Origin: Vicugna vicugna
Lineage: Eukaryota
Assembly: GCA_013265495.1 (NCBI GenBank)
Contig: MU058531.1
Location: forward strand, 3,782,911-3,846,910
Length of the DNA: 64,000 nucleotides
Direction of reading: 5' to 3'
In this document: positions 40,300-53,944 of the stretch, one piece after another
How positions within the stretch are numbered: the stretch's first letter is position 1
Layout of the letters: each line of letters opens with the position of its first letter
Made by a program: the position numbers and the translations under genes
The notes under the pieces: model-generated
Database searches by the model: none
The model's input: the letters and a program-made list of their open reading frames with translations, nothing else
Told to the model about the DNA's origin: nothing

Positions 40300-41732
40300 A
40301 AATAAATTCCTAAATGGGCCTCTCCCTTTCCCTAGGCCTTAATCTCTTAGTTCAAGGCCCCTTGGCTCACACCTCACTTTAAAACTTTCCCATCACCGTT
40401 TCCTATATGTAAAGGGAATGTGTCTTGTCTCCTGTCTATAAAAACTCATTACAGATGAGGCTCTTTTAATAATGCCTCCCCCATCTTTATGAATTTCCAA
40501 TCTTGCCCCCATCCCATAAGGGCTGGAGGTCAGATAGAGGCTCATACTCTCTTGGAACCCATTAACCACAGGCTGTCCCACAAGCCAGGCAGTGTTCATC
40601 GGGTATGTGACCATTTAAGTGTAAACAACCCCCAAAACAAAAAACAAGAATAAAAACCTGTCAGGTGCTGCTATATATCATTTTAGTGACTGTTAGTTTT
40701 ACTACTGTTGGTCCAGGTGCTTTCACTGGTTTACAACCCAGAGGCCCAAACCCACCCCCACGCCTCAAATAAGCCAGTTTCAACCAAACATGGCAAATGC
40801 TGAGACCCACAACCATTTGCAAGGGTATCCACTGGAAAGGACACCCCAGTCCCACAGCCCAGACACTGCTGCCGGAGGCCAAGAGCTCACCGCTGAGATG
40901 GCCTGGCCCTCTGGGTCAGAGACGGTTTCACCCAGACACTAAAACCTCAGCCTCAGCCACGTTGGGACTGCCTCTCCTGAGGCACAAATTGGACCCAGGA
41001 TACTTACTGCTCTTCCTCCTTTGATAATAGGGATTCTGTTACACTTCTGAGCCCGCTGTCTGCTTAGCCCATGTTTCTGGTATACCCCTTGCTCTTTGTC
41101 AAGACCCCCCCCCAACTCCCGTGCCTCAAGAAAAATCTGGTGGAGGTTACTACTATCTGTACCACTCCAAAATTACTGGAGATCAGTACTTTCCCCAGGG
41201 GGCTCTGGCCTCGTATCAGTCAGCCCCTGACTCTCCAGGGAGAGGACCACTCACTCCCCAGTGCCTGCTGCTACCACCCCTGCCACCTTTCGCACACCCT
41301 GCTGCCCCACGTCTCCGACCACAACCACTCCTCCCTGGGTTACACAGAAACACCACACTCATCTTCACATGCACTTTACTGACGTGTCAGTTCACATTCC
41401 CCAACCACAGAACTGCCGGACCTGCCACCTTGACCCGAAGAAATACCGAGATAGCATGTCAAATTCGTATTTTCACTTTACAGCTACACTGAGATACTGC
41501 TGGAGACGTCAGACAAGTTCAGGTCCATTTCACCGGCTAGTGCCATACAAGCGGGAACCGAGTTATGAGCAAGCGCAGAACGACGTCTTAGGCCTCTACT
41601 GTGTCCCTCCTTTCTACCCCATTACAAAATGTTTTCTATGATGTTCAGGGCAACTTATGCCCTACTTCCTAAGTCTCCACTACTATCATCCCCCAAATTT
41701 CCTTTACGTGATGTCAAATCATCAGGGGCCAA
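40300..41732 (+). mobile_element. Probable 3' internal region of an endogenous retrovirus attached to the downstream LTR
   Basis: C-rich non-L1 sequence ending in a purine-rich tract (aggggccaat) directly before the LTR's TG start; no intact ORF recognised. Confidence 0.45.
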
Positions 41733-42268
41733 TTGTATTAATGTTCTTTACTTTCTGTATTTTATATTGTGACATCTGGGGTCCCACTGACTAGGGAGAG
41801 ACTGCCCCTCCCAGGGTTAGCTAATTCTTCAAGGGAGTAAATGACTGACCTAGGGGCATGCATTTGATATGCAGACCAATGGATCCCACCTGCCTCCTCG
41901 ATCAGGCTCACTTGCCAGGAGGCAAAGTTCCCCTCCCCTGATGGGCTCAGGGTCGGTTACCAGGCAACCAGGTACCAGGGTAGTACCTACAACCCTGAGC
42001 CCATGGAAATGAAGCAAACAGCTAAACCTACATTTACTTAGTCTACCTACCCTGCCTGGCCGTTCCTGCCCATGAAAACCACAATAAAACCATGCCACTT
42101 TCCCCTCCACCCACTCCTGCCTCCTGAGCAACCTGGTGCTTCCTCAGCATGGCCCTGCATGGGGTGCCAGGCCTCCTGCTTCTAGGCAGCTGTGAGCAAA
42201 AAGTTCTTCCTTCATGATAGTCATTTCTGTGTCTGTGTGAGTAAAACAAATCTCAGGTATACTTTAAG
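41733..42268 (+). mobile_element. LTR, MER74-related (ERVL group)
   Basis: gagagactgcccctcccagggttagctaattc, gaaaaccacaataaa, ctgcctcctga...ctggtgcttcc match recalled MER74-group consensus. Confidence 0.7.
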
Positions 42269-44546
42269 GTCTGCAGCTTTTAGAAATAAATTTAGGTTTC
42301 CTACATATAAATTCATATCATTTGTGAAGGGGGAAAGTTTTCCTTCTTCCTTTTCAATATTCTTGTCTGTTTTCTCTTTTCGTTGCCATATTTCATTTAC
42401 TAAATCTGCTACCTAATATTGAGTAGAAGTGCCTTGTTCTCAGTAGCATGGGGGAAATCTTTCCATGTTTCACTGATACATCTCAAGACTCTTAATAGAT
42501 GTACTTTATCACATGGAGGAAATTCCTCTTTATTCATTTTTGCTGTGAGTCTTTTTTTTCATAATGAATGGGTAATGATGTTTTCCCAAATTTTACCAAA
42601 TCTATTGATATGAATATATGATTTGTCTTTTATACATGGTTAACAAGGGTGGACTTAAGTTTTATATTTTTAAAGGTTAACTTACAATGCTATTGATAAA
42701 TGTCAGTTGGCCATGATGTTTTGCTTACCACATGTTGCTGGATCATTATCTTTTGTAAAGAATCAATGTGAGCATGATCATGACTGTACTGGTGTGTCCT
42801 GTTGCTATGTGATGTCTTTGCCAGGCGTGCTGTCAGGGTGGTAAATGGTGTTCAGCAAGACACCAAGAAGTGTTTTTTCTTCCTCTACTTTCTAAAAGAG
42901 TTGTAAGTTTGGTGTTCTTTCTCCAATTTGATATCATCAAGAAAGCCATCTGAACTCAAAGTTGACTTTGTGGGGTTAACTTTGGTTATAAAATCACCCT
43001 CTTTGACCCATGTGACTTTTTAGATTTTCTATTTGCCCTGGTGTCATTTGTGTGACGTCTGATACTTAGTGCATCTGGGGACCTGTTCCCCCTTACAGAT
43101 CCTGCTCCTTGAAGTTTTTTTTCCTTAAGAAATCCTTTCGAGGATCTGTTTGATTTGGGTGGTTCTCCACACACACTCTGTGAATTGTTTTCCTATGAAA
43201 ACATTGCCCAGACTTAGTCATCATTACCTGGGAGAAGGTGGGATGAGGCTAGCGTGTCCACAATTGTTAGAAGGTGAAATTCTCCCACCACATCATCACT
43301 GAACAGAAAGGAAAGTCGCTTTTGCTCAACAGCACCACCGCTCCTGCTTCAGACTGAGTAACTGGGAACAGGTCTGGGCAAGAGGTTTATCCTGAATCAA
43401 AGACTCTACTCATATTAGAAGCGTCCAGGAACAGTGAGAGCTCCTAACGTTGGACCCAGGCACAGATGGGGAATCAGAGACTCGGCAGCGCTGAGAGGGT
43501 GTGCAACTTCCCCAGCCCCATGGTCTGGATGACACTGAAGATCTCTGACCCAGCTCCCTTGAAGACTCTGACAGCTTCTCTGCCCTGAATGTGTGTGGCT
43601 CTGGACCAGACTCAGGATCAGCACAGCCTGGTCTGCTGTCTGTAGCGTGGGACTGGCCCAGGCCTCAGACTCAAGACAGCTTGCCTAAATACCTGAGATT
43701 TCCGTTGTGCTCTCTGCTCCCACACCCTTTCACACCCAGCTCTGCCCAGCCCTGGGGATATGCCTGACTCTGCGTCAGTCCTGCTGCTGAGCAGAGCTGC
43801 CTCCATACCTAGTCCTCTGGTACTCAAGCTCTTACAGCAGATACCACTGATGACATCAGCACGTGAAGCCTGAAGACAGTACTTTGAAGAGGGGGTGATA
43901 TTAGGATAGGTCTACCTTCCGATGAAGAGTCTGAGGGTCCCAGTGGCCACCAGGTCTCCTGGTGAGTTGGGGCATAGGCAAGGAGTGACAGCCTGAGGCT
44001 GCCTCCCTCTTTACTGAACACTTAAAATTTGTGTAGCCCTTTCCAGAGCTCCACACAGCCAAAGGGTACCAGTCCTGCTGGACTGACTCCCCACTCCACA
44101 GGCTGCCCTCTCCACTCAATCATCACCAATGAGCCATTTAAAATTCAAATATAATAGACTGAAGAAAATTTCACCTCTCTGTTATAACACTGGTAGATAG
44201 AAACATTAACAGAGAAAAGTATTTTCTTATTTCAAGGGTATTTGTGGATTAAACTGCTCACAGATAATATTGTATTGTTTAAAGAAGAATGAACTGACTT
44301 ACCAAAGAAATGTCTACAACTTACAATTTCTAGAGTTATAATGTAATGAGAAAGACTTAAATGATCTCTGTTTTCTGAACTGATCCTGAAATATTAATAT
44401 CAGTATGAGAGAAAGTCAAAACCACTTGCCAAAAATTAGCTTTGTAGTCTGAAAATAATATATATAGTTCCATAATATTTTGAGGAAAAATAAGAAACTC
44501 AGTGATCTAAACGTCTACCAGTGTATTAGGAATTTTATGACTAGTG

Positions 44547-46160
44547 TCATGAAGGAAGCCACAGGTAACACACTTTGATTTTCATGGTGGAGGTGTTCAG
44601 GGAAAGAAAAAAAAACAGGTCGTGATGGACAAAAAGGTGGACCAAACCCCTTGGTGGGATCTGATTCAGAGGGGTGCATGCAGTCTTCCTAGAAGGGTGG
44701 AGAACATCTCTTGCCAGGAGCTCCTGCCTTAGACTCACAGGAAACATGGATTAGGGAACAGAGCTGCAGGGGCAGGTCAGCCTTGCACTCAAGGGGAGGC
44801 TCGGAGGAGAGGGATGCAGCATTCGGGCACAAGGACTGGGAACAAATGGTCCTCGCCAAATGTTCAACAGTTGGATTCAACAGATGTCTGAGGAACCACT
44901 TCTAGAAGCCCAAGTTTAATCACAGAGTTTTTCTTTACCTCAAATCTGCAACCTCTTCTCTGTAGATGACGAAGTTTCATTCAGGTCCCTCCTGAGCTCT
45001 CCTGAGGCTTTAGTTCCAGGGACAGACTATGCCTCCGTGAAGAAGAAATAGTTCTTTCCAGCTTTTCTTTGAGATCTTTGAATTGTTTTCCATAGTTGTT
45101 GAGCTCATCATTTTCATGGCTTATCAGGTCACTTGCTTCAGAACTTCCCACTCCTTGCTGCCAAGTCACGACCTGCCACGACAGGTAATTCTGAGACGCT
45201 CTTCTTGTTTCTGCTGATGAAGCTCAGTCATTTACTCTCCTCCCTCCTAGGATGTCGATCTGCCCACTTGACTGAGGCTTCCTCAGCCGGATGTTTTCAT
45301 GATGACCTGTCTGGTGGGCTTTTTCTTCTCTTCTTTACACCGTGCTGGTGTAGAATGGACTGTTCTTGCTATTTTGAATGTTGGACTGTGCATTTGACTT
45401 GGGAGTATTCTTTTTTGTCCTCCTGGATCCGTTTTCTGGATTGTAAACATTCTCTCCATCCTCTGATTCCAGGTCATGACCTGTGTGCACTTCCTTCGAG
45501 GAAGCTGTCAGGACTCTGATCTTGAGCCAGCAACCTGCGGGGACATGACTGACTCTCCACTCAGGCCTGGAGCTCACTGTGGAGACCCTGAGCCTTTTTT
45601 CAGTTGCCCAGAATAGCTTTAATTATGGTTTAGCTTCTTCCACTTTTTTTGATAGAACTGATTTCATCTCCCAGAGGCTGGATCTTTTTTTGCAGAAACA
45701 GATATCAACTGTTCTTGGTCGGAATATTGGGGATTTTCTTTCCCCCCATGTTTTACTACAATGTACCTGATGTTCCTCATCACAGGGTTGAACATGTGAA
45801 CATCACCAGACACTTCCATATTTGTATCTTCTTGGACCACAGGACAAAACTTGTCAAGAGTATTACATTTTGCCACAGCTAGTGCTGAACAACTGGTAGA
45901 CACCTTGTCTCCCTGTAGAGAAAGTCATTCTTTGCCTGACAAACTCTTCCTAAATTTAAGAGAGCTATGAACACCTGAACCATCACAGTACCCTTGGCCA
46001 TCTCCCATTGGTGTTTAGGGGCAGGGAGATGTCTCATTGTCAGGGGTTCTGCCAGGAAACTCTTTAGCATCTGCTGCAATTGCTGCAAGTACTCGATCCT
46101 GCCAGGATGCAGTTCCTCAGTAGCGGCTCCTGATGCAGAGGCCCCTGCAGCTGCTACCAT
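44547..46160 (-). pseudogene. Intronless, highly diverged MIA2/CTAGE5-derived retrocopy (CTAGE-like), frameshifted
   Basis: Colinear peptide similarity to CTAGE5: QWEM...VFIALLNLGR (PWEL...FFAVLFFLWR); KCNTLDKF (KSKLLEKF); YSDQEQLISVSAKKIQPLGDE (HSEQDELMADISKRIQSLEDE); ISHENDELNNYGKQFKDLKEKLERTISS (ISHATEELETYRKRAKDLEEELERTIHS); MFPV and PPRG at C-terminus; ATG in strong Kozak context at 46160. Confidence 0.8.
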
Positions 46161-47110
46161 GGCCGGGGGCCACACTGAACTGTGGGAAAAATGGAGCTGG
46201 GTTCCGCCCAGAATCATTCCTGTGACAGGTAACTGGTGCAGAGGGCTGAGTGAACAGCACCAAAGCAATAAAAAACGCACACACTCTCTACCCTGCTCTC
46301 AGCATTTTCGTTCCTCTGCGGCCCCAGCAGGACCATCCAACCCTCAAGGCAAACTGTCCTCTCAGGCTGGAAAAGACCTCCCTCCCCTTGCCCACGTGGG
46401 ACACAGGCCTTCCTTTAACAACTGTGCCTTCCTGCCCCTGCGTCCTCAGTGCCCAGGGCTGATTCTGACCAGGACTAGGGGCCCAGAGCTCAATGCATGT
46501 TTGTGAGAAGAATAAATGAAAGAGCATTTGAATGAAGGAAGGAAGAAGAAAGCCATCCCTTGCCATCGCTGGAGATTCACACATCATGTTCTGCTGACTC
46601 ATCAGGCAGTTAAAACTCCTGCCAATGCAGAATAAAGGAGTGGTATAATTTAAAATGTTGAACAAATGTTAATAACAGATGACTGTGAAACATTAATTAA
46701 AATTCACCATTTTCAACTACAAAAGGTCCTCAACCTTTAAAAAAAACAATTAAATCATGTAATGGAGATCATTTCCTGTAATCCCACTTCAGGATAATTT
46801 AAAAAAGAAAGTGTGAAGTAAATAATACAACTGCCTGGAAATTTTAGAACACTCCTAAATAATCTCTGGATCAAAGAAGTCACCTAAAACAATATTGTAC
46901 AATACTTAAAAAAATACTAACAACAGAGATACCAACAATACATAGACTAGAGATAACATTATTAAATAAAGAAAATTTGTACAATTAATACTTGAGAAAA
47001 CTCAGGACAAGCATGTGAAAATGAGTCAAACAATGAATAATATAGCTTAAAAAGTTAAAAACTAAAAAGGAAATACAAAGAAGGTAGAGCAATAAAAATA
47101 AGAAGTTTCA

Positions 47111-50100
47111 GGCAGGGCTTCAAGATGGCAGAATAGAAGGATGCGGAGCTTACCCTCTCCCATGAATACATCAAAAACTACATCTACACATGGGACAATT
47201 CTCACAGAAGACCTACTAAACTTTGGTAGACTCTCTCTTGTAATTGGAACTACAAGGATAATCCTCACAAAAATGCATAGAAAAATAAAAAAGGAAAAAG
47301 AAGAGGGAAATGGGAAAGGACCTGTTCCCTGGGGAAGGAGTGGCAAAGAAGGAAAAGTGCCCTCACCCTAGGAAGCCCATTCTCTACCGGGGAGGTCAGC
47401 TGGGACAGAAGGAAGCTTCAGAGGCTCAGAGAAGAAAGCAGCAGTTGCTTGGCAGAGAAAAACCAGCACAGAGGGTGTGTGCAATCCCTAGATTAAGACA
47501 AGAACAGGCAGATGCAGGCTGGGACTGGGAGCTTGGGCTTCACAGGATGGATCCAGGGAGGGGAATTGAGTTGACAGTGCAAAGGCAGCCTCAGAGGGCT
47601 GACGTGTGGTGCAGGCTGAGGCTGGGAGTCTGTGCAGAACAGCCTGAGTTTCCCCACAGAGAGCACCACATAGACTTTAAAATAAAGACTGTTACAAGAG
47701 ATAAATAATAATACTACATAATGCTCAAGGGATCAATCCAAGAAGGATATGTAACAATTGTAAATATATATGCATCAAACATAGGAGCACCTCAATATGT
47801 AAGACAACTGTTAACAGACATAAAAGGAGAAATCAACAGTAACACAATAACAGTGGGGGACCCTGATACCCCACTTACATCAATGGACAGATCATCAAGA
47901 CAGAAAATCAATAAGGAAATACAGGCCTCAAATGATGCATTAAATGAGATGAACTTATCTGATATTTATAGAGCATTCCCCACAAAAGCAACAGAATACA
48001 CATTCTTCTCAAGTGCTCATGGAACATTCTCCAGGATAGATCACATGCTGGCCCACAAAGCAAGCCTTTGTAAATTTAAGAAAATTGAAATCATATCAAA
48101 CATCTTTTCTGACTACAGTGTTATAAGATTAGAAATCAACTATAAGAAAAAAAACCCAGCAAAACCCACATCACGTGGAGGCTGAACAATATGCTACTAA
48201 ACAACCAATGAATCACTGAAGAAATCAAAAAGGAAATCAGAAATACTTAGAGATAAAATAAAATGGAACACACAACAATCCAAAACCACTGGGATACAGT
48301 AAAAGCAGTTCTACAAGGGATGTATATATTGACAGAGCTTACCTCAGGAAATAGGAAAAATCTCAAATACAACTTAACTTTATACCTAAAGCAATTTGAC
48401 AAAAAAGAACAAACAAAACCCAAGGTTAGCAGAAGGAAAGAAATCATAAAGATTAGAGCACAAACAAATGAAATAGAGACTAAAAGCCAATAGAAAGAGC
48501 AATGAAAATAAAAGCTGGTTATTTGAAAAGATAAACAAAATTGATAAAGCTTTAGTCAGACTCATTGAGAAAAAAAAGGGAGGGGACCCAAATTAATGAA
48601 ATCAGAAATAAAAAAGAAGCTACAACTAACACCACAGAAATACAAGGGGTCATAAGAGGCTACTATGAGCAACTATACTCCAACAAAAAGGACAACCTAG
48701 AAGAAATGGACAATTTCTTAGAAAGGTACAATTTTCTAAGACTGAACCAGGAATAAATAAAAAATATGAATAGACCGATTACCAATACTGAAATCGAATC
48801 AGTAATTTAAAAACTTCCACCAAACAAAAGCCCAGGACAAGAGAGCTTCACAGGTGAATTCTACCAAACATTTAGAGAGGAGTTAACACCTATCCTTCTG
48901 AAACTTCAAAAAACTGCAGAGGAAGGAACACTTCCACTCATTCTAGGAGGCCATCATCACTCTGACACCAAAACCAGACAAAGATATGACAAAAAAAAGT
49001 TACAGGCCAATATCACTTATGAATATAGATGCAAAAATCCTCAACAAAATACTAGTAAATTGACTCCAACAATGCATTAAAAGGATCATACACCACGATC
49101 AGGTAGGATTTATCCCAGGGATACAAGGATTTTTCAATATCTGCAAATCAATCAATATGATATATCACATTAACAAATTGAAGAATAAAAATCATATGAT
49201 CATCTCAATAGATGCAGAAAAACTTTTGATAAAATTCAACATGTATTTATAATAAAAACTCTCCAGAATGTGGGCATAGAGGAACATATATCAACATAAT
49301 AAAGTCCATATATGACAAACCTATAATTAACATCATACTTAATGGGGAATAGCTGAAAGCATTTCCTCTAAGATCAGGAACACAAGGATGCCTACTCTCG
49401 CCACTTTTATTCAACATAGTTTTGGAAGTCCTAGCCACAGTAATCAGAGAAGAAAAAGAAATAAAAAGAATCCAAATTGGAAAAGAAGTAAAATTGTCAC
49501 TATTTGCAGAAGACATGATACTATACAGAGAAAATCCTACAGATGCTACCAGAAGACTACCAGAGCTCAGTTAAGTTGCAGGACAAAACATTAATATACA
49601 GGAATCAGTTGCATTTCTACACACTAACAATGAAATATCAGAAAAAGAGATTAAGTGAACAGTCTCATTTACCATTGCATCAAAGAATAAAATAGCTAGG
49701 ACTAAATCTACCTAAGGAGGCAAAGGATCTGTACCCTAAAAACTGTAAGACACTGATGAAAGAAACTGAAGATGACACAAGCAGAAAGATATACTGTGTT
49801 CTTGGATTGGAAGAATGAATATTGTTAAAATGGCCATACTACCCAAGACAATATACAGATTTAATGCAATCCCTATCAAACTACCCATGACATTTTTCAC
49901 AGAACTGGAACAAAAAAATGTTAAAATTTGTATGGAAACACAAAAGACTCCAAACAGCCAAACCAATCTTAAGAAAGAAGAATGGAGCTGGGGGAATTAT
50001 GCTCCCTGATTTCAGACTATACTACAAAGAAACAGTAATCAAAGCAGCATGGTGCTGGCAAAAAATGTATACTTAGATCAATGGAACAGGATAGGAAGTC

Positions 50101-52300
50101 CAGTAATAAACTCAGATATTTAGGGTTAATTAATCTATGACAAAGGAAGCAAGAATATACAATGGAGAAAAGACAGTCTCTTCAAGAAGTAGTGTTGGGA
50201 AAACTGGAATGTAATGCGTAAACAATAAAATTAGAACATTCTTTAACATCATATATAAAAATAAACTGAAAATGGATTCAAGACATAAATGTAAGACTGG
50301 ATACTATAAAACTTGTAGAGGAAAACATAGGCAGAACATTGTTGATGTAAATCAGCAATATTTGTTCTTCAAACCAGCTCCTGGAGTAATGGAAATAAAA
50401 GCAAAAAGAAACAAATGGGACCTAATTAAACTTAACAGCTTTTGCACAGCAAAGAAAACCATAAGCAAAACAAAAAGACAACCTATGGAATGGAAGAAAA
50501 TAGGTGCAAATGCTATTTACAATAGCCAAAACATGGGAACAGCCTAAATGTCCATCAACAGGTGACTGGATAAAGAAGATGTGGTATATTTATACAATGG
50601 AATACTACTCAGCCATAAAAACTGACAACATAATGCCATTTGCAGCAACATGGATGCTCCTGGAGAAGGTAATTCTAAGTGAAGTAAGCCAAAAAGAGAA
50701 AGAAAAATACCATATGAGATCGCTCATATGTGGAATCTAAAAAACAAAAACAAAAACAAACAAACAAACAAACAAAAACAAAGCATAAATACAGGACAGA
50801 AATAGACTCACAGACAGAGAATACAGACTTGTGGTTACCAGGGGGGCGGAGGGTGGGAAGGGATAGACTGGGATTTCAAAATTGTAGAATAGATAAACAA
50901 GATTACACTGTATAGCACAGGGAAATATACACAAAATGTTATGATAACTCACAGAGAAAAAAATGTGACAATGAGTGTGTATATGTCCATGAATGACTGA
51001 AAAATTGTGCTGAACACTGGAATTTGACACAACAGTGTAAAATGATTATAAATCAATAAAAAATGTTAAAAAAAAAAAGAAAATAGGTGCAAATGACATG
51101 ACAGACAAGGGACTAATTTCCAAAATATATAAACAGCTCATTTACCTTAATATAAAAAAAAGCAACCCAATCAAAAAATAGGCAAAAGACCTAAACAGAC
51201 TTATCTCCAAAGAAGAAATCCAGATGGCCAACAAGCACATGAAATGATGCTCAATATTGCTAATTATTAGAGAAATGTGAATCAAAACTACAATAAGGTA
51301 TCACCTCACACCAGTCAGATTGGCCATCATTCAAAAGCCTACAAATAATAAATGCTGGAGAGGGTGTAGAGAAAAAGGAACCCGCCTACTCTGTTGGTGG
51401 GAATATAAATTGGTGCAGATACTATGGAGGACAGTATGGAGGTTCTTTAAAAAACTAAAAATAGAACTACCACATGATCCAGCAATCCCACTCCTGGGCT
51501 TATATCCAGAGAAAACTATAATTTGAAAAGACACATGAACCCCAATGTTCACAGCAGCACTATTTACAATAGCTAAGACATGGAACCAATCTAAATGTCC
51601 ACCAACAGATGAATGGATAAAGAAGTTGTGGTGTATATATAATGGAATATTACTCAGTCACAAAGAAGAGTGAAATAATGCCATTGCAGCAACATAGATG
51701 GACCTAGAGATTATCATGTTGAGTGAAGTAAGTTAGAGAAAGACAAGTATCATACATATGATGTCGCTTAAATGTGGAATCTAAAAAGAAAAGATATAAA
51801 TTGATTTACAAACTAGAAATACACTTATGGACATAGAAAACAAACTGTGGTTACCAGGGGGAAAAGGAGGGGGGATGGACAGATTAGGAGTTTGGGATTA
51901 ACAGATACACATTACTATATATAAAATGGAAAAACAAGGACCTACTGTATAGCATGGGGAACTATATTCAATTTCTTATAATGAGCCATAATGGAAAAGA
52001 AACTGAAAAAATATATATGTATGTATGTATATGGATAACTGAATTGCTTTGCCATACACCTGAAACTAACTTGGTAAATCAACTATACTTCAATAAAAGA
52101 TAAGAATAAAAAATGAATAAAATAAACACGTTTCTACTGTATAGCACAGGGAACTATATTCACTATCTTGCAGTAACCTATAATGAAAATGAAAATAAAA
52201 AGAAATATTTGTATGTACACGTATGGCTGAAACATTATGCTATACACTAGAAACTAACACAACATTGTAAACTGAATATACTTCAATTAAAAAATAAATC
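47111..52300 (+). mobile_element. Long L1 with 5'UTR, ORF1 absent, disrupted ORF2 and 3'UTR
   Basis: 5' start gcttcaagatggc (YY1-type); ORF2 EN (IDFKIKTVTRDK, IVNIYASN, TFSRIDHML) and RT (LSLFAEDM); TSD taaaaa(t/a)aagaagttt(c/t)a at 47093-47110 and 52301-52318. Confidence 0.92.
50513..51076 (+). mobile_element. Younger 5'-truncated L1 nested in the older L1
   Basis: Perfect 19-bp TSD aagaaaataggtgcaaatg at 50494-50512 and 51077-51095; own poly-A tail. Confidence 0.93.
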
Positions 52301-52494
52301 TAAAAAAAAGAAGTTTTAACATAGAGTGTTTTAGAGTTCTGAAAATCGAATGCTGGATATGAAAATACAAGAACTGCTCATAGGGTGGCTATTTTTCTTT
52401 TCCCTGAGGATGTCCAGTGAAGTCTGTGGACTCTGTAGAAGCTTCCCTCAAGTACAGCCTGAAAAAGTACATGCTCCTGTACTAGTGAATATCA

Positions 52495-52740
52495 CAAAAA
52501 AGAAACAGACTCACAGATAAAGAAAATAAACTACTGGTTACCAGTTGGGGGAGGGATAGAGGGAGGGGTAAGTTAGAGGTAGGGGTACAGACTATTAGGT
52601 ATAAAATAAGCCACACGAATATATTGTACAACACAGGGAATATAGCCAATTTTTGTAACAACTGTAAATAAAGTATAACTTCACTATATGGTATACCTGT
52701 ACCATATAATATTGTACATCAACTATACTTCAATAAAAAC
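52495..52740 (+). mobile_element. L1 3'UTR fragment
   Basis: acagactcacagata...ggttaccag...caactatacttcaataaaa. Confidence 0.75.
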
Positions 52741-53944
52741 TATGATGCTATCTTTACAGAATGTCTTTGTACAGGCATTATTATTAGCGATCTCTTAATG
52801 TATATAATTTCAATGATATTTAGATCCTCATGACCACTAAACGTTTCCTGTTTGTGTCTGCACGTTGAAGGTTTCTGGGCTGTGAATCTGTTCATTGAAG
52901 TCCTTGTTTTCATCTTCCACTGAAACCACACCTTTTGTTGTTTAAAAGCTCCCTTCCTTGCTGTGCACACTTCATTCCATTATTTCTGACAATGATGGGC
53001 CAAAGAAAGCAACCAAAGAAAAGCAGCTGTATCTGGAGGTGACTGGGAGGAGGGGGAAGTCATGGCTTCTCAAGTCCTATACCCTAAATTCTCTGAGGTT
53101 GGCTCTTCCCTTAGTTGCCTGAACAAGTTTTACCTCTGCAGTGGTGGAGGGAGGAGAATCCGTATCAGGTATGTCTTCTCTTGAGAATCCACAATCCTTT
53201 TATCCTTGGAGTCAAGTGAGGAGCATCTGCTTTAGTGTGAAGTCTGTTATTCTGTGAACACTCAGTGGGGTGTACATTCAGAGACTAATGTTTCAGGGGT
53301 TTGGTTTTGTTTTCCTAAAATTGTTTTTGAGGCAGCTGTGATGTAAGTCACAGTGCACTACAAGGGGCATTAGAGGACATTCGTTCAAATTCCAGTTTTG
53401 TCATTTATGAGCTGTGTGACTCTGGGTGGATCTCCTATTCTCTCTGAATTTCCCTTTCCCTATTTGAAAATAAAATTTAATAATCCATTCTTCTAGTGGT
53501 TTTTTGTGGGGGTGGGAGGAGGAGAGTTTGATGTAAAATACATGTAAATTTACTTAGCTAATTACTTGATACATGTTTGACTTTCAAGATGTATGAGTTA
53601 CGTTACCAAGTTTATGTTTAGGAAGCTATAATGTTGGTACAGTGCACTATTTCAAAAGGCTTTCATTTTCAAGAACAAAGTATCTTAGTGCTTGATCAAG
53701 CATTAAAGGATAAACATTTTTTAATATACAAGGATTTGCCCTCAAAGCCATAAATTCTCAACTGGTCATTAATCTGGGAATCCAGAATGTTGATCAATTT
53801 TTTAAAAATTAAATCACTGACTTCACTGGTTCTCAACCACATGGGGTGTTTTTAAACAATTACCAGTACCTGGGCTCCACTCTAGACCTGTTAAACCAGA
53901 TTGTCCAGGGTGGGGCATTAGACAGAAACTAGAGCAAAGAACAC

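Noticed and set aside
45994..46506. Longest ORF in the window (170 aa, + strand) as a novel gene
   Set aside because: No recognisable domain; overlaps the antisense of the GC-rich 5' end of the CTAGE-like copy
47721..50740. Active L1 ORF2
   Set aside because: Broken into many short ORFs by stops and frameshifts, ORF1 absent, nested insertion
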